Source: Carcharhinus longimanus (taxonomy: Eukaryota). Taken from it: DNA of 64,000 nt. The translations under genes were made by a program, and so were the position numbers. Positions 1 to 13,328 of the stretch are shown here, piece by piece. The notes below the pieces were generated by a model. The model saw only the letters and a list, made by a program, of their open reading frames with translations, was not told where the DNA came from and ran no database searches. The first letter of the stretch is position 1, and every line of letters begins with the position of its first letter. The stretch covers positions 36,936,409 through 37,000,408 of the forward strand of contig JASCQW010000133.1 of NCBI GenBank assembly GCA_030264375.1, given 5' to 3'.

Positions 1-1090
1 TGAGTAATGTAAATGTCATGTTTCTCAGGTCTCCAATCAGTTTTATTGTAAAAACAGATTTTTTTCTTTAAAATTGCTTTGATGCCAAAGCAGTATTTAT
101 AGAAGGACACTTATTAATTTTGAACAAGTGAAGGGGGAGGGGGGAAAGAACTATCTCTTAAAAGGGTCAGCTTTTCAAACTAGTACATTTTCTATAATAC
201 TTTTCATCTGGTTATGCATAATGTGAGAATATAAAACGTTTTTAAAAAAAACTTTTTCTGCAACTAATGTGATTAAGGTACATAGCTCTTCTCCCTAAAT
301 GAGCAAAAATAAGGATTGCCACATGTTTGCAAATGAAGACAGTTCCCCATTTAAAGGAAGTAATGCCTAACTAGTTAGTTGTAACATCAACATATTGTGC
401 AAGTCCAGTGTCTCTGTGGAGCTCATTCTAACATTGGCAAAGAACCAGAAGTAACATGAGGGAAAAAATGTTTACATAGTGGGTTATGGTGATCTAGAAT
501 GCACTGCCTGAAAGGGAGGTGGAATCAAATTCAATATCACTTTCAAAAAGGAAATTGGATAAATATTTTGCATGGAAAAAGATATCTCTTTCAAAGAGCC
601 ATGACAAACAAATTGGGATAAATAGATTCCTTCTGAGTTGTATAATCCCATGATCACCTCTATGCGTACTATTTTTGTGGTTACTACATAACTTAATCCA
701 GAAGAAAATAAGACTAAGGTCTAGATCTCCATGACAATAGAGAGCCTCTTCATTGTGCAAAAATCCTGGAAATGCCTTTCCCATTTTCACAGAGCTGGGG
801 CTGGAATTAGTCCAGTGTTTGCATTGGTGCAATTCACAGATTTGCAAAGGGTGCTGGCCACTTAAGTCACCAACTGCCTCCACTGCAGTGGGATTTTGAA
901 AGGTCAGGAACATGAAACATGGATTGCGTAGATTAGAACAGGTAAAAGGAGGTCTGACTTGATGAATTTGTTTGGAGAGATAGAGTAATCTTTTGGAAAC
1001 AGCCCCAGTCAGCTTTGGGAGAGGTGAAGCAATTTTTGGGAATTTTACTAATAAACATGATTATCACTTTTTAGACACAAACTCATTGGA

Positions 1091-1790
1091 ACTATCAAGC
1101 TGTCAAAGAGCTCTCCGGCTGTTAAAGAATTGTCCAGCCACAAAGGAACTGTAAAAGAGCTGTGTAACTGTCACAGAACTACCCGACACTCAGGAATTGT
1201 TTAAGAGCTTTCCAGCAGTCAAGGAGTTGTCCAGCTGTCAAAGAAATGTTAGAGAGCTGTACAGTTGTCAAAGAACTGCCCGACTGTCAAAGAACTGTCA
1301 AAGAGCTGCCATGCTGACAAAGAAATATCCAATTACCAAGAAATTGTTAAAGAGCTGTCTAACTGTCACAGACATGTTCAACCACTAAGGGACTATTAAA
1401 GAGCCGTCCAGCAGTCAAGGAGCTTTCCAGATGTCAAATAACTGATAAAGAGCTATATAGCTGTCAAAGAACTCCCCAACTGTGATGGAACTGTTAAGAG
1501 ATGTTCAACTTTCAGGGAATTATCCAGCTCTCAAGGAACTGTTAAGGAGCTGTTCTATAGTCAAGGAACTGTCCAGCTATCAAGGAACTGTTAAAGAATT
1601 GTCCAGCTGTTAAAAAACTGTCTGGCTGTCAAAGAAATGTTAAAGGGCTGTCCAGCTGTCAATGAAGTTATCCAGATATCAAGGAATTCTCCATCAATCA
1701 GGGAACTGTTATAGAGCTGTCCCTCTGTCAAAGAACTGTCTAGCAGTCAAAACTGTCCAGGAAGTGTAAAAGCTGCTGAGGAACTGTACA
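1091..1790 (+). repeat. Degenerate modular minisatellite (about 11-nt CTGTCAA(A/G)GAA / CTGTTAAAGAG and about 8-nt CTGTCCAG modules, giving ~19 and ~30 nt periods)
   Basis: Directly visible recurring units such as ctgtcaaagaactgt and ctgttaaagagctgtccag. Confidence 0.85.
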
Positions 1791-2229
1791 ATGATACTAA
1801 ATGTAGAAGGAGTAAGAGCGAAGAGTGATGATTGGGGCATGGGCTAGCATGATTTGTCACCAAGCAAGCAGAGAGGTTTGGGGGCAGTAGGTTGGGTAAT
1901 GGGGCATGAACTGGCATAGGGATGCATGGGTTGGCATCAGGTGTGCGAGGGGCTAGACGGATGGGAGAGGTCAGCAAAGATGTGGCATAGGGAGTGCTTG
2001 AGGTTTTTTTGTTTTTTTTGTATTTAGGAATGGTGAAACACACAGGCGGACCTTGCATCCAGTTCACACTTAGCCTACTCCGCGCCTGGCAACCTCAGCA
2101 ATTGTTCCTAGGTTGCCTACCTCAACCACTCCAACTAAAAGTCCAAACTGCGGGTGGCCATTTTTAAAAGTTGAATTCATGAAGCCGACTCCGTGAACTC
2201 TCTGCACTTGCCCCATATCCTGAAATGTT

Positions 2230-3740
2230 TTGATGTTTCAAGTGTTCATCCAAGTATTTATTAAAGGTTGTAAGCTTTCCAGCCTCAACTACCTTCTCAG
2301 GCAATGCATTTCAGATTTCCACAATCCTCTGAGTGATGATTTTTAAATCCCCTCTGAATTTCCTGCCCCTCATACTATAACTATGCTCCCTCATGATTAA
2401 CCCCTCAACCAAGGGGAATAGCTGCTCCCTACTCACCCTGTCCATAACCCTCAATCATGTCCCCCCATAGCCTTCTCTGCACTATAGAAAACAACCCAAG
2501 CCTATCTTGACTCTCCTTATAGCCCAAATGCTCCACCCCAGGCAACATCCTGGTGAACCACCTCTGTATCCCCTCTCATGCTGTAACATCCTTCCTACAG
2601 TGATGTGACCAGAACCATATACAGTACTCGAGATTTAGCCTAACCAATGCGCTGTTCAACTCTAACAATACCTCTTTGCTCTAATACTCCATATCACGAC
2701 TGATGAAAACAAGTATCCCATATGTCTTTTTAATTATCCTATTCACCTGCTCTGCTGCCTCCACGGATCTGTGATTAATTACCCCAGGATTCCTCTGAAC
2801 TTCCCAGTGTCCTGCCATTAAATATTCCCTCTTGTTTCTTCTTCTAAAATGTATCACCTTGCATTTATCATGGTTAAATATCATCTGCCACTGCTCTGCC
2901 CATCTGATAATCCATCAATATCTTCCTGTAACCTACAATCATCTTCTTCACTATTAACCACCCTACCAATCTTGGTGTCATTTGCAAACTTGCTCATCAT
3001 ACCCCCCACATTTTCATCTCTATTGTTATGTATACAACAAACAATAAAGCTCTGAGCTCTGAACCTTGTGGTACACCACTGGACACCAGCATCCAGTCAC
3101 TGGAACAACCTTTTACCACTATTCTTCCAAGTCCTGTTTGTAAGCCAGTTTCTCACCAAAGTTCCCTGAATTCCATATGTTTTAACCTTCTCAATCAATC
3201 TCCATGTGGGACCTTGTCAAAAGCTTTGCTAAAATCCATATAAACTACATCAATGGAACTTCACTCATCCACACACAGGGTGACTTTTTTGAAAAATTCT
3301 AACAAATTTGTTAGGCATGACCTCCCTCTGACAAAGCCATGCTGACTACCCCTAAGCAACCCATGCCTTTCCAAATGAACATTAATTCTTCCCTTCAGAA
3401 TTTTCTCCAACAGTTTCCCTACCACTTACGTGAGCCTCACCAGTCTGTAACTTCTTGGTTCATCTATACCATCTTTCTTGAAAAGTGGAACCACGTTAGC
3501 CATCATCCAGTTCTCTGGCACTTCTTCCGTGGATAGAGAGGAATTAAAAATTTGTGTCAGAGCGCTTGCAATTTCCTGCCTCTCCTCCCACAGCAGTCTG
3601 GGATGCAATTCATCTGTGCAAGGGGATTTATCCATTTTTAAGTCCGTTAGAGCCTCCAATACCTTCCCATTTGTTATTTCAAACTGTGCAAGTTCCTCTC
3701 AGTCCTACTTCCTGAATTCCACACCTATATTTTCCTTTTG
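2230..3740 (-). mobile_element. CR1 (HER1-like) LINE ORF2 fragment, decayed
   Basis: Minus-strand ORF fragments LKMDKSPCTDELHPRLL, PENWMMANVVPLFKK and FNHDKCKVIHF are typical of CR1 RT and are broken by stops. Confidence 0.85.
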
Positions 3741-3990
3741 ATGGCTCTGTGGTACTGAGCAATACAGTAAGGCAAATTTCTGGTTGCATGTCTACTAAAT
3801 GCTGGTATAGGATGCTGAATTATCTGATTGCAGCCAAGGCAACAGTAAGAACAACTCCAGTAATCCAAGGTTCCTATTCCTCATCATAATCAAATAAGTT
3901 CTTGAAAAGTCCACCTGGATGGATATCAAATAAGGGTAGGATATGATTTGGTTGCAATGCTCTTCAGGGACAAACAGTCCACTAGTTTTT
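3740..3990 (+). mobile_element. LF-SINE-like decayed SINE
   Basis: gctgaattatctgattgcagcc...ggttcctattcctcatc resembles the LF-SINE core as I recall it. Confidence 0.4.
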
Positions 3991-4177
3991 AAGTTACTGA
4001 TGTAACTTAAACATTTGACAACGGTTTCATGGCTGTGATTGATAGCAGCTGTAGAACTACTGTTCAAATGTAATCAGCACTTTCAGGAGAAAGGAGAGAC
4101 AAAGATCAAACAAAGATCAAATATAAATGCCCCAAACAACCCTCGCCTTGGAATTTTTTTTACAAATACAGACTCAC

Positions 4178-4300
4178 CATGCCTTTGTTTCCAATCCCAT
4201 TTGTTGTGCAGATTTTGAGCAATTTGAAAGATATGGGCTTCTTATTCAACTCAGCTCCAAGGGCTGGTGTATCTGAATGGATATACATTCCACTTGATTG
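4178..4300 (-). CDS. Divergent T-box transcription factor, third coding exon (QSSGMYIHSDTPALGAELNKKPISFKLLKICTTNGIGNKGM)
   Basis: Acceptor attgcacag| and donor ATG|gtgagt bound a 123-nt phase 0-0 exon. It aligns to YIHPDSPxxGxxWMxxxVSFxKLKLTN and ends at the conserved phase-0 intron before IILxSMHKY. Confidence 0.88.
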
Positions 4301-4777
4301 CTGTGCAATTTTCAAAGAAGGAAACACAAATGGTTCAGAAACATAAGGACTTAAGAATAGAAAAAAGCAATTCAACCAGTTTGCCTTAGTATGTTATTTA
4401 TGTTCACGTGCATGATTGTTCAGTCATTTTTGATTTACCTCCAGTATGGCACTAACCCGTTTTGTTCTGTTTCAGTGCTTAAGGTGGTTATGGCATGGCA
4501 TTTCAGCTCTTAAACAAGTTACTTAACTGATTTCCACTTGTTAACAGGGTACTCATGAATTGACAGTTGCATTAGTTAGACCTTTATGTTTTTTGCAATG
4601 CATGATTAAGAACGTAAATACATGACCTGAGCTTCTCCCATATGTATAGTAACTCCAATCTTAGTTTCAATGTGCTATTACTGCTGTGACCCACTTCCAA
4701 ATCCCACCTAGTCAAGTCACTGCCAATTCACTTTGGCTTGCTATAGTTGAGTATATGGGTTAGGTTGGATACATGCT

Positions 4778-5555
4778 TGATGATACCGTGCCTTTAAGAA
4801 ATATAATTATATTGTGTTTCTTATAAGGGATATGTTTAAAATTCAGTTCTGTTTTACATGGTGCCAATTTGTCTGGGCACCAGGCAGCTCATATGCTGAG
4901 AATGCAGGCTAAAATAGATTTTAGCTAGGGATGTGTTTGTGTTGTTGAGTTAATGATTTTTTTTGTTATTTGTGGTTCTGGAGTTTCAGAATAGGATTTT
5001 GATTAGGTTGATTGACACAGACAGTCATATGTTCAAGGGGAGAAGCTAAGCTTACATGGGAAAGCAGGCAGTTACTGCTGGGTTCTGAAAGAAACAAGAC
5101 ATGTCTCTGTCTTATTCTTTTTAGAGGCTGCTGTTTTGTTTCTCTCTCCCTAGAGGTTGCTGCCTGGGACCTGCTGGGAGAAATAGATCTTCCTCTCTCT
5201 GTATCTCTCTTTAGAAGTGTTCTAGAGATCTGAGGGTTGGCAGCCCAAGTGCATGCATGTGTGTCTTGATCTTGCGGAGCAGTTTAAGTCTATAAGAGGA
5301 ATATTGCTTGAATACAATTCCTATGTATCTTGTCATGTTTAAGTATTGCTCAGTTGGTAAAAGTTAAGCTAATTCCTTTTTTTATGAGTTAAATGTATTG
5401 TTAAATAAAGTTTGTTTTGATAAAAGCTTACTAGTGTATCAACAGAATCACATCTGGAGTGAAATGCCTTATCCTCAAATTAATGTCGAAGTAGCAAATG
5501 TTTGGGGTCTAGTCTAACTTCATAATATACCTTGGGTTTCTGATCTGATACTTGA
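4778..5555 (+). mobile_element. Probable solo LTR inside T-box intron 2
   Basis: It starts tgatgataccgtgcctttaag, has a CT-rich middle, an AATAAA near 5404 and an LTR-like layout, with no internal coding sequence. Confidence 0.45.
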
Positions 5556-6035
5556 ATGAAATGGGCATGTATAGACTCAGATGGCCTACCAAGCTGCCCC
5601 ATTCAGATATGCACAGCATTGACCAACCACTAATCTGGCAGGGACAAAAATAAGGGGAATAACCTTATACCAACAATCTTGTCCCTATAACCAGGAATAT
5701 TCCCCTCAGTTAGAAAACTGTTAAATTATCTTTTGAAGGACAGCATTAAAGCCATACCTACTTTCAGGTAATCTAATCCAGACTACTCTGTGAATAGATT
5801 CCTGCCATCTCTAATCATACACTCCTATTTTAAACTATTTAAAACTCCTATTTTAAATTTCAGGAAATGTAATATCTTCTTAAAATGGACTTCTTATGCA
5901 CTCCTCAATCTATGTATTCGAACTGATCAGCTTCCACATTAATCAGTACCAAAGAAATTTGATGATTTTGATAATCTGGTCACTGAATTATATATAGCTA
6001 TTTGTTTCAAAGGAGTGCCAAGTGTTGTATCTCAC

Positions 6036-6186
6036 CTGCTGTCGGGCTGGAGCAGATGGACACCAACCTCGCTCCTGTGTGTAGGTGTAGCGCTGGTCAC
6101 TGCTCGACTCCATATCCACCATAAGTGTGTATGACTTTTCTGGGTCTAGCCCATGCAGAGTGACCACAATCGATGGGAATAAACAC
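6036..6186 (-). CDS. Divergent T-box transcription factor, second coding exon (G+CLFPSIVVTLHGLDPEKSYTLMVDMESSSDQRYTYTQERGWCPSAPARQQ)
   Basis: Acceptor tattatttccag| and donor CAG|gtgaga bound a 151-nt exon whose phase matches exon 1 (AG|G = Arg). It carries the T-box motifs xFP, GLDPxxxY, D..RY and W. It is absent from the ORF track. Confidence 0.9.
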
Positions 6187-6377
6187 CTGGAAATAATATA
6201 AAATGCTCAATTTTTTTATGTTAAAATTATATAACATATAAAGGACCAAATTAACTGTATACCATACAGGTCATTATTAAAGAATGCTTGATGACCTCTT
6301 GTACTTCTTGAGGGATTATGTTGTTGCATGAGGAGCATAGTAAAGTGTGTAAAATTCTCTACTGGAAAAGATTTCTA

Positions 6378-8235
6378 AACGTAGGAAATAGGAAAAGGAG
6401 TAGACCATTCAGCTCTTTGAGCCTGCTCTGCCATTCATTATGATAATGGCTGATCATACAACTTGGTCATCTGTTACCACTTTCTCTCCATATCATTTGA
6501 CTCCTTAAGCCCCAAGAGCTATATCTAACCCCTTCTTGAAAACAGACAATGTTTTGGCTCAACTTCTTTCTGTGGTAGAGAATTCCGCAAGCTCATTACT
6601 CTCTGGGTGAAGGAATTATTCCTCATTTCAGTCCTAAATAGTCTACCCTGCATCCTCAAACTGTGACCCCTGGTTCCTGACTCCTCTGCCATCAGGAACA
6701 TCCTTCCTCCATCTACCATGTCTAGTCCTGTTAGAAAGTTCTATGAGATCCTTCTTTATTCTACTATATAATATAGCATATAATCCTAACTGCCTCAAAT
6801 TTTCCTCATACGCCAGTCCCACCATCCCAGGAATCACCCAGGTAAACCTTTGCTGCACTCCCTCCAGAAGAAGAACATTCTTCCTCAGGTAAGGAGACCA
6901 AAACTGCACACTTATTGCTAGGGTGGTCTCACCAAGGCCCTACAGCAAGACATCCCTACTCTTGTATTTGAAACCTTTTGCCGACATACCATTTGCCTTC
7001 TTCACCATTTGCTCCACTTGTATGTTTATTTTCAGCAACTGTAGAACAACATCCATGTGTCTTGTAGCACATTCCCCTCTCTCAATCTACAGCCATTCAG
7101 ATAATTATCTGCCTTACTGTTTTTGCTACCAAAATGGATAACCACACATTTATCCACATCATGCTGCTTCTGCCATACAGTTGCCCACTCACTCAACTAT
7201 TCCAAATCACACTGAAGCATCTCTACATCCTCTTCCCAGCTCACTCTCCATCAAGTTTTTGGAGATATGGCATTTTATTCCTTCACCTAAATCATTAATA
7301 TACATTGTGGATAGCTAGGGTCCCAGCACTGATCCATTAGTACCCCATTAGTCACTGCCCGCCACTTGGAAAAAGATCTGTTTATTCCTACTCTCTGTTT
7401 CCTGTTTGTCAACTAGTTTTCTATCCATTTCAATACACTACTCACAATCCCATGTGCTTTAATTTTACACACTAATCTCTTACATGGGACCTTCGCAAAA
7501 GCCTTCTGAAAGTCCAAACAAAACATATCACTGGCTCCCCCTCATCAACTCTGCTTGTTATATCTTCAAAGAATTCCAGTAGATTTGTCAAGCATGATTT
7601 CCCTTTTGTAAATCCATGCTGACTTTGTTCAATCTGGCTACTGTTTTCCAATCCTCTGCTATTTAATCTTTTATAGTGGATTCCACTAGCATTTATGCCA
7701 CTACCAACGTCAGGATGACTGGTCTATAATTCCCTATTTTCTCTCTACCTCCCTTTTTAAATGGTTGGGTACAAACTGTTCCAGAAGCCATAGCATCTTG
7801 GAAGATGAGCACAAGTGTGTCCATTATTTCTAAGGCCACTTCCTTACGTACTCTGAAATGTAGGTTATCAAGCCCCTGGGATTTACCATCACCATTTCCC
7901 ACTAAGATTGATTTCCTTTGGTTCCTCCAGCGCACTAAACCCTGTGTTCCCCAACATTTCTGGCATGTTATTTGTTATGTTATATATCTCTGATTTCCTT
8001 TGTAAACTGTGGTTTGGCCACTTTTCCTGTTTTATTGTTGCATCAGACAGGAATAGACAATTGTTGTAGTTCACCCACTCTTTAAATGTTTGCCATTACC
8101 TATCCATTGTCATCCCTTTAAGGAGAGGTCCCCACTCCATCATAGCCAACCTGTGCCGCATACCATTGTAGTATCCTTCAGTTAGATTCAAGACCCTTGT
8201 CTCAGAATCAACTACATCACTCTCCATCTTGATTG
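6378..8235 (-). mobile_element. CR1 LINE 3' portion with 3' tail
   Basis: ORF fragments QFWSPYLRKNVLLLEGVQQRFT, TRGHSLR and KKGGREKIGNYRPVILT, plus a CR1 tail near 6380-6440. Confidence 0.88.
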
Positions 8236-11200
8236 TCCCTTTAAGGGCAGCACAGTGGGAAAAGGGTCACATGGCCTGTGTGGAATCATTCCAGTGAATA
8301 GTGTTCTCCTAGATAATGACATTTTGGGGGCTACCTACAGCCATGAGGCTCCTGTTTTCATAATAAATACCTTTTGTGTTTCTAATGAAATCGGTGAAAG
8401 TGCTTCGTTACACTCTTATATTATGGTCCCCAGAGGGCCTTGCACAACCAGATTGCCAATTATTCCTTTCTCATTTTTACTATATATTACAAAATGTAAA
8501 GGCCTGCCCTAATTTGTCCCTTTCCAATTCTATATTCAGTTGTCTTAATTGTAGGCTGTCGGTTCAAGTTTATAACACACTTTATGCTTGTGTTTGCTTT
8601 CAGAATTAATTCTTATTGTCTGGGAATTGAACTTGGGACCGCCGTTGTTTGTACATCTCACTGGGCAGTGAATATTGCAACTGAAGCATCAGGAAGTGCG
8701 GCAATGTTTCTTTAACTCAACCAATGCACAATGTTGTGATGCAATGTGCACAATGATAATGCTATTTGAATTGGTGTCATCCTTGCACCAAGTGTAAACC
8801 TCATGACTGCCACTGGGATTCTTGGCTTCAGTTGAGTAATTTTCATGCTTTTTAGAGCCAGTGGTTTGAAGATAAACTATCCTAGATTTCAGAGATATAT
8901 TAGACACTCATGTATCAAGCGACTCAATGAAATACTGCAAAAAGAAATCAATAATCTCTCACAAGCAGCTGAAGAGGAGAATAGAGGAGGAAAAACTAAA
9001 ATTGTCAATTTGTCATGCTTAAGTAACAAATTCTGCTCACCAATTGTAGTACCATATTAACTGTACTTAAAGGGAAGAATGGGCAGTTCAGTATGGCCAA
9101 GCAAGCACCAAAAGCTTTAGGCCAAAAGATTCATTCAGTTTTAATAAATCAACTCCACAAATCCAGCTTTTCATCATATCCTTTAGTCTGATTCCTGACC
9201 AGAAATCCATCCAAATTGTTTGTTTTGCTGAACAAAACACCAAAGCAACTAACACTTTTTTTTGGTTCAAAATATTCTCAGACTTTCATCTGTTAGTGTC
9301 AGGACTATCTTGAGTGGGGATGTAGGGTGGGTAGCTCAAATATCTGGTCATATTATATTCCTCACTTTTTGGAGTACACTACCAGCAAGATCTTACATCT
9401 ATCCAGCACACTAACATATGAAGATGATGGCCTCTGTTACTTCAAACATGACTGACATTTGCCCCTTTATCCTTTGAAGAGTTGTAGTTGTGATGTGAGC
9501 TGCCTATTTGCCACTTACTGTGTACACAAACTATGAATTATTTCAGACGTTTCAGCAAGCTATTACTTTCATTGGCTTTACTTAAGTCTTTACCCAGTTA
9601 CTTAAGTTCCAATTTGGCACACTTTTGTAGTAGATTCAGCATAATTTGTATTAGGAACATAGGTTAGTATTTTGAATGGGCTATTTCATTAGAAATGGTC
9701 TGATAAAGGATCCTACCTAACTCTTTTGTTTGGGGGAATCGGTGGTGGTGGAGAGGAAAGGGCAGCATTAACTAGGCCACTGGCCATTTTCAGCACTTTC
9801 TATTTTATTTGAAAATTCCAGCTCTTTCATTTTCTTTTATCTCTGCCATTGATACATTTTTAAATAATGGAGTGAACATGAACTGAAACCCTAGAGCAGT
9901 TCTTCAGTTTTCAATCTCACACTATCTGTTCCTTTGCTCAGATTATTGCTACATTCCTAATAGAATATAAAATGGAGAGTATTTTTCAGGATGCAAATAA
10001 AAAAGGAGACATAATATATTCAACGAAAATAATATCAAAGTGCAGCTTTTTCCTGTCAGATCCTTTTTTAAAGTTTTGATTATCTGTTATTCGGGAGTCA
10101 GAAAAAGAAATAAAAAGAGAATGGAATAAAAAGATAGTGTACAGGAAGACAAAGGAAGTACAATTAGGAAAATAAATTACACTATTTTTAAATTGTTTTC
10201 TAAATGTTTTATTTTGTGGTTTATGAACATTGATAAAATTACTTCTGTAATTTTAACAACTGTAATAGGTAGGCATATTTGAGTATCACAGTATATGACT
10301 GAAAATTGAGTCCAGGTCATGGTGACCGCAAGTAGGTTAAATTCTATGTGCCACTCCTTACTAAATTGGTTCAAATATTCTTGCATACTAATCGGCTAAC
10401 CTATATTTATCACCTGGCTACATAGCTGTGTCATCAGCAAGCTCTTCAATATAAAGACAAGAATGTTATACAAAGTATAAGAATTCTATTAATAAGGTAG
10501 AATGTGCTCAAGCTAACCTGTTCTTTTAAAGCCAGAAGGTCTAGTTGCTATTTGTAACACAATGATGCTAATTAGGAGCAGTAGGCCTTCCACCTATTCC
10601 CGATAACCTTTAGTAGTAACCATAGGATATGACCACTGACTGGCATAAGACTTAAACTGTTGCTGATCAAGAAGCTTTATACATTGAAATGTGCTTGTCT
10701 ATTTCAGCTTCTAGTTGAAAAACAACAAACAGTTGAGATTGTTTTGCAATGATTTTTGTCGTGTGACAATTTTGACTCTACCAGCAAAATCACTTGAAGT
10801 GATTCTACCAGTGAATCAAAGGCTTTTTCTGCTCCTAAAGTAAATCTGTATTCTCTTAAGACCACCAAGTCTAATTGCTGTTGGATAAACACTAAGTAAG
10901 GTTGGAGTTTAATTGTTGTTCGGGCTGTGAGTCACAATCCTGTATTTCCCTTTGGTAAAATAATTTGGAGGATGCAGATATTGTAGAACCTGTGTTGAAT
11001 AATTGTCTTTGCATCTTCACACTTTCGTTTTCTTAATGTCATACAGAAAATACAATATGAAATTTGAAGGAAATGCATGTTTTATGGCTTTTTAGAATAT
11101 TTTTGGCATCTAGATATACAAGAAATGCTCTCCTCCACGACATTTATAAATAGTACAAATAGAGAGAATCCTGAAGAACCTAACTAGTCACACCTCCAGA

Positions 11201-12529
11201 CTGTGGCGCTTTCATTTATCATCACCTGTTTCCTGTTCAATTTTCAATGCAGCTACCTTGTTATCAATTAATGCCATGAGCCTTAACCTTTTTTCAGAAA
11301 AAGTCAATATTCAATGTAATTAAATTTATCTTTCTTTATCCTGCCAGAAATTAATGAAAATTTCACCAGTTTCTATAATTGGAGGCTAACAGTTTCTGGT
11401 CTTGATTTGGCTGCCAATCTCTACAGGACAAGTTGTAAAGGGGAAAATTCCACAGCACTTACAAACATTAGAAGAGATGAAATAAAGGCCATTTGTTATA
11501 TGAAGTCTATTTCCCTTTTACAAGCGTATAATTTGTTCTATATTATGTTAGTGAATTTTTGAAGAGCACCCCAGGAGGTAGTTGCATATACTTTTGTTGA
11601 GAACTAGATAGTACAATAAGATAAATACACTAACCAATCTCCTCTAAGATCTTGGGGAGTAGTGTTCTTCCCAGTCCAGGCTGATCAAATGAAACTCTTC
11701 CTCATTTCAAAGTGAGTACAGTTCTCAATCCAAGTCTTATTGACTTGACACAGTTTCACAGAACAAATTCATTCAGCAGAAACTGACTATCTCACTCAGA
11801 GTCGTAATCAGGCTGGTGTGGGTAATGCAGATATCAAATTGGAGAAAAGGGAAGCTGATTTTTTTTGTTGCCTATTTTCTTCACTCTCCTCTTGAAGATT
11901 TGTACTTGTTAGTGGGATTGTACTTTACTGGATTTCTGGAAGGTAAGTTTTACACTACTTGTAGAAGAGACAGACTTGATGAAACAAATAATCTTTCCTT
12001 TTTCTGTACTTCAGATTATTAACCACAGTGATGTGGCATTTGCCCTGTAGTATTATAGTTCTGTAAAGATTAAAGAGGGGGATGGGTCAGAGTGGGCGGG
12101 CATGTCTCATTACACTTTTCCAACTGCTGCCCCTGCTGAGATAAGTCAGTTAGCTCAGCACGAACCATTTTTAAAACCTGCAACCTTCTTGGCCCATATG
12201 GCTTATCTAATCCCGATGTAAACTCTTTGAGCCATGAAGGGAGCAGGGAATGCACTTCTGAAATTGAGTGCACATTATTGGGACAGTGCAAAAGGAGTTA
12301 TAATTTACATCTAAACTGTGTCATACATAAACTGGGAATGGTGGTTGCTACGGCTGGGTGCCAAAGGGAACCATGTTCCATTTCACAGCTTAACATTCCT
12401 CACCTGAGATCACAAAATTCATTAATTGTAAATAGAAAAGATACTGGGGCCATGGACAAAGTGAAAGCAGAGATTAATTAGGGTGATACTGGGGTAAGAG
12501 GACATCTTTATAATGGCAGACTTGAAATG

Positions 12530-12935
12530 CTATGGCTGCATTAATTGGCCCAAGTAAAGATCTAACAGTGTTCAAAACATTGAAAGAATTTGAGAGGGCA
12601 AACAGTAAACCGTGATATCAACTGGTCATTGATTTGGTAATACGGGAGCATAAATGTAAAATTAGTACGAGGAGAAAAAATAGAGGGAGCCTAGAGTGAT
12701 TTTTTTTTGCAAAGAGTTATTAGATCATGGCATATATTTCCACAAATAGCTATTGTACATGAATAAATCACATTTAAAAAATGTGTTGGGTACACACTTG
12801 AAGAAGATTTTTCAATGATTCAGAAAATAATATGAAAACTAGGGGCATAGAAGTTAGTTTTAATGGGAGCTAGTATTGGCACAGGTAGGATAGGCTGAAT
12901 GGAACCTCTGCACCAAAATTTCTGTGATTCTATGA
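12530..12935 (+). mobile_element. Old CR1 3'-end remnant
   Basis: Degenerate CR1 3' motifs ending in a ggctgaatgg...tttctgtgattctatga tail. Confidence 0.5.
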
Positions 12936-13328
12936 AAACAAAATATTTAAATAGACACAAAGACATATTATATAGAAGCCATAGTCACTAGTCCTTCTGT
13001 GTTGGGGAAGTGGGTTTAATCCTGAAATTGTACCGCATTGACATGAAACACAACCCTTAAAGGCTGTTGAAATATTCAGAATTGTTGACTCATTAATGAC
13101 TGCTATAGGCCATGTAAACTGTTTCACTGAGACTGCAGTAATCATATTCAGCACTTGTATTCACTACAACTAGACCTCTAGTGCTCTTAAAAGAAAACGG
13201 AGGTGGAAAATGTCCACACAGATGTGGAAAATAGCACTGCAAGGTTTCCCAACATCAGTGGCAAATAGCTCAGAAAGCAATCCATAAATTATTACTCTAT
13301 CCTCTATTACTTCAGCCTCTTACTCTGT

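Noticed and set aside
494-913. 139-aa minus-strand ORF as a possible fourth T-box exon
   Set aside because: It has no IxLxSMHKYQP or FxAVTAYQN similarity, and its end overlaps a CR1 remnant. Exon 4 is probably outside the window.
1091-1790. CRISPR-like array or repetitive protein
   Set aside because: There are no unique spacers, the context is eukaryotic, and the mixed module lengths break every reading frame.
8845-9060. 71-aa plus-strand ORF with a coiled-coil-like stretch
   Set aside because: It has no recognisable domain or convincing splice context and is the length expected by chance.
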